Source of the DNA: a virus
Taxonomy: Duplodnaviria; Caudoviricetes
Strand: one strand, 5' to 3'
DNA: 60,756 bases
Virus record (IMG/VR): IMGVR_UViG_3300031977_001837
Coordinates: 1 to 60,756 of that record
The notes under the pieces were generated by a model. It searched no databases. It was not told the origin of the DNA and worked only from the letters and a program-made list of their open reading frames with translations. Position numbers and translations under genes: made by a program. Of the stretch, positions 58,907-60,756 are shown in pieces (position 1 is the first letter of the stretch; every line of letters starts with the position of its first letter).

Positions 58907-59218
58907 TTACTTCACCACTTCTTTTAGTTTAGCAATCAATTCATCTTTTGTTCCTTTAGTATCAATTCCATGCTCTGCGCAAAGATTCATAATTTCTGAT
59001 TTGCGCATTTTTTTCATAGCAGAGTATGACGGCAACGACTTTACTTCTTCAACAATTTCTTTAGCCTCTTCAACTATTTCCATTGCTTCTTCAAGAGTTA
59101 ATTGGCCGTCTTCAAGTGCCGCATCAAGTTTTGGTTTTAATTTATTCCAATACTTTAGTGCAAGACCTGCGCCAAACAATCCTATTGCGCCTATAATTCC
59201 TAATGTTTCTATATCCAT
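58907..59218 (-). CDS. Membrane-anchored SAP-domain protein
   Basis: N-terminal TM helix; C-terminal KMRKSEIMNLCAEHGIDTKGTKDELIAKL matches the SAP consensus. Confidence 0.7.
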   Translation of the reverse strand: MDIETLGIIGAIGLFGAGLALKYWNKLKPKLDAALEDGQLTLEEAMEIVEEAKEIVEEVKSLPSYSAMKKMRKSEIMNLCAEHGIDTKGTKDELIAKLKEVVK

Positions 59219-59222
59219 TTTA

Positions 59223-59396
59223 TCAATCTTCCTTGTATTCTATACTTATTGCTTTTGAAGTTGGCACTATCGCAAAATGACGAGTTTCACCATCCCTGTA
59301 TAATCGGTAGCCATGCGCTGTTTCTTCAATCTTTATATTAGTGTAACATTTTTCTGGGGGAATATAGACTATTTTTCCTCTTCTTTTTTCAGTCAT
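59223..59396 (-). CDS. Hypothetical small protein
   Basis: GGTGA RBS upstream of ATG (MTEKRRG). Confidence 0.55.
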   Translation of the reverse strand: MTEKRRGKIVYIPPEKCYTNIKIEETAHGYRLYRDGETRHFAIVPTSKAISIEYKED

Positions 59397-59509
59397 GCTT
59401 TTCACCTGTAATCAAATCTTTCTTTTGCTCTTTCTCTGCTTTGTCTAAGTCTTTTGACTTTGCGTCAAACCAACTATCTAACATTTTACATCTTGTCATT
59501 TTATTCACC

Positions 59510-60756
59510 TCACGGTATTATTCCGCCCACCAAAGGCGCAAGAGCATTTGCTAATCTTTCTATTGCTTCTTGAATATTAGCAGGGGGAGGAGCCGCCCAT
59601 GAAGGGGCTGAAATGGTTGGTGTAAAAATATCAGTTTCAGCCTGTCCTGCTTGTAAATAAGCAACATCAGCAAGAGTCGAAGCCGCCGTTAAATCTCCGT
59701 TAGCATCAGCAACTAATACTGCGTTTGTCACACCTTGTCTAAATGTTCCGGCTACTCTTGCTGAACCTTGAACCACTAAGCCACCTGTTGTAGCAATTCC
59801 TCCACCGGAATTAGCATCAACAAACCCTATTTCTTCTATGTCTAAAGTTTTCTTAACTGTCATACTTGTAGCAAAATCAACATAAGTGCGACTTGTATCA
59901 CCAAGAAGTGCATCATGACCCGCAGTATCAGAATCAGCGAGCATAGTTGAAAGTAAAGTCCAACCGTCACCTGTTCCTAAGTTAAATATCATGTGCAAAC
60001 TAAGGTCGTTTAGACTATTAGAAATGTAAATCTGCAACGCCGCCCCATCATATGTGCTACCTTCTTTAATTCTAAACTCAGTAAAAGGGATTTCATTACC
60101 ATACCCCGATACCGCAAAACAAGTAAGGGAATTAGAACCATCAACACCAAATTGATGACTTGCTTCTATTCGTGCGGTTCTATGTCTTGATGACCGTTTA
60201 TCTTGAATGTAAAATTGTGACATAGCCCTTTGGCTTGAAGAACCACCTAAAGCATCCCATCCTTTTACTACTGCAAAAGTCCACCATCCGGTAGCGTAAT
60301 CTATGGCTAAGTGTTCAGTTTGTATTATATCTGTATTAACTGTATAACTACCGCTACCTGTTCTTTCCATTAGACCATTAGCAGAAAAATCAGAATCCAT
60401 AATTGCGCCTGCCGAAGCAACATTAGTAGCATCGGTCACATCTGCCCCATCTTCAACATTAATATGACTTCTAAGAGTAGGTGCATCCACGCCAAGAGCG
60501 ATAGTGCCACTTGTTGTAATAGGAGAACCGGAATCAACTTCAATACCATCTGAACCCGATATTGCTACGCTTGTGACTGTTCCACTACCACCGCCACCGC
60601 CTCCACTTGCGGCGATAGTAAGGTCGCCACCCGCCCCACCGTCTGTAAGTGTAATGTTTGTTCCGGCAACAAGCCTTCGGGCTTGTGGGTGTGTGGATTC
60701 TGTGTTCACCATGAGAAATGAGCAGTTTGGACTATCATTCGTTCTGCCAATAGCGG
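59510..60756 (-). CDS. Tail fibre C-terminal part (runs off the right edge)
   Basis: Frame is open upstream of the ORF-track ATG (AIGRTNDSPNCSFLM...). Fibre motifs LVAGTNITLT, GGGGSGTVTSVAI, GSPITTSGTI, INVEDGADVTDATNV. Confidence 0.75.
   Translation of the reverse strand, partial: AIGRTNDSPNCSFLMVNTESTHPQARRLVAGTNITLTDGGAGGDLTIAASGGGGGGSGTVTSVAISGSDGIEVDSGSPITTSGTIALGVDAPTLRSHINVEDGADVTDATNVASAGAIMDSDFSANGLMERTGSGSYTVNTDIIQTEHLAIDYATGWWTFAVVKGWDALGGSSSQRAMSQFYIQDKRSSRHRTARIEASHQFGVDGSNSLTCFAVSGYGNEIPFTEFRIKEGSTYDGAALQIYISNSLNDLSLHMIFNLGTGDGWTLLSTMLADSDTAGHDALLGDTSRTYVDFATSMTVKKTLDIEEIGFVDANSGGGIATTGGLVVQGSARVAGTFRQGVTNAVLVADANGDLTAASTLADVAYLQAGQAETDIFTPTISAPSWAAPPPANIQEAIERLANALAPLVGGIIP

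Larger units (their letters stand above)
1..60756. other. Near-complete genome of a tailed archaeal virus (Magrovirus-like siphovirus; probable host marine Poseidoniales)
   Basis: Portal, TerL, protease, MCP, tail tube and tape measure genes plus archaeal-type replication genes, GGTGA/GGAG RBS and TATA promoters. No host housekeeping genes or integrase recognised. Host assignment is inference. Confidence 0.8.

Noticed and set aside
1-60756. Perfectly circular complete genome
   Set aside because: Joining the ends puts the fibre gene out of frame with an early stop, and I saw no terminal overlap, so a gap remains.
1-60756. tRNA, integrase, methyltransferase, reverse transcriptase/DGR, intein or alternative genetic code
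   Set aside because: No supporting motifs seen; long genes read through with the standard code. tRNAscan was not run.

Overview
This window is almost certainly a near-complete (about 61 kb) genome of a tailed archaeal virus (Caudoviricetes). A tape measure and tail tube without a sheath imply siphovirus morphology. An archaeal-type replisome (PolB, PCNA-like clamp, RFC clamp loader, MCM-like ATPase, PriS-PriL primase, XPF/ERCC4 nuclease), GGTGA/GGAGG ribosome-binding sites, TATA-box promoters and low GC suggest a Magrovirus-like virus of marine Poseidoniales; the host is an inference. Layout: head genes on - (1-8334), phosphoesterase and terminase on + (8763-11662), a 1.4 kb non-coding repeat field (11663-13085), early/accessory genes on + (13086-25110), replication genes on + (25337-43707), tail genes on - (43811-60756). 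Both window ends fall in open tail-fibre-like reading frames that probably belong to one gene. The most unusual signals are in the DNA itself: (1) an array of 19 perfect CG-N4-ACTG motifs that continues into the first early genes; (2) two homologous AT-rich elements 16.6 kb apart, each built of inverted arms around copies of that motif; (3) strong over-representation of GCGCA/TGCGC across most of the genome despite avoidance of several 4-bp palindromes, with no recognisable methyltransferase. Also notable are a PolB with three altered catalytic motifs, a membrane-anchored double-zinc-finger AAA+ ATPase with a VWA-like partner, a modular prohead-protease polyprotein and a -1 frameshift site in the tail chaperone. 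All calls come from reading motifs by eye; no database search was run.
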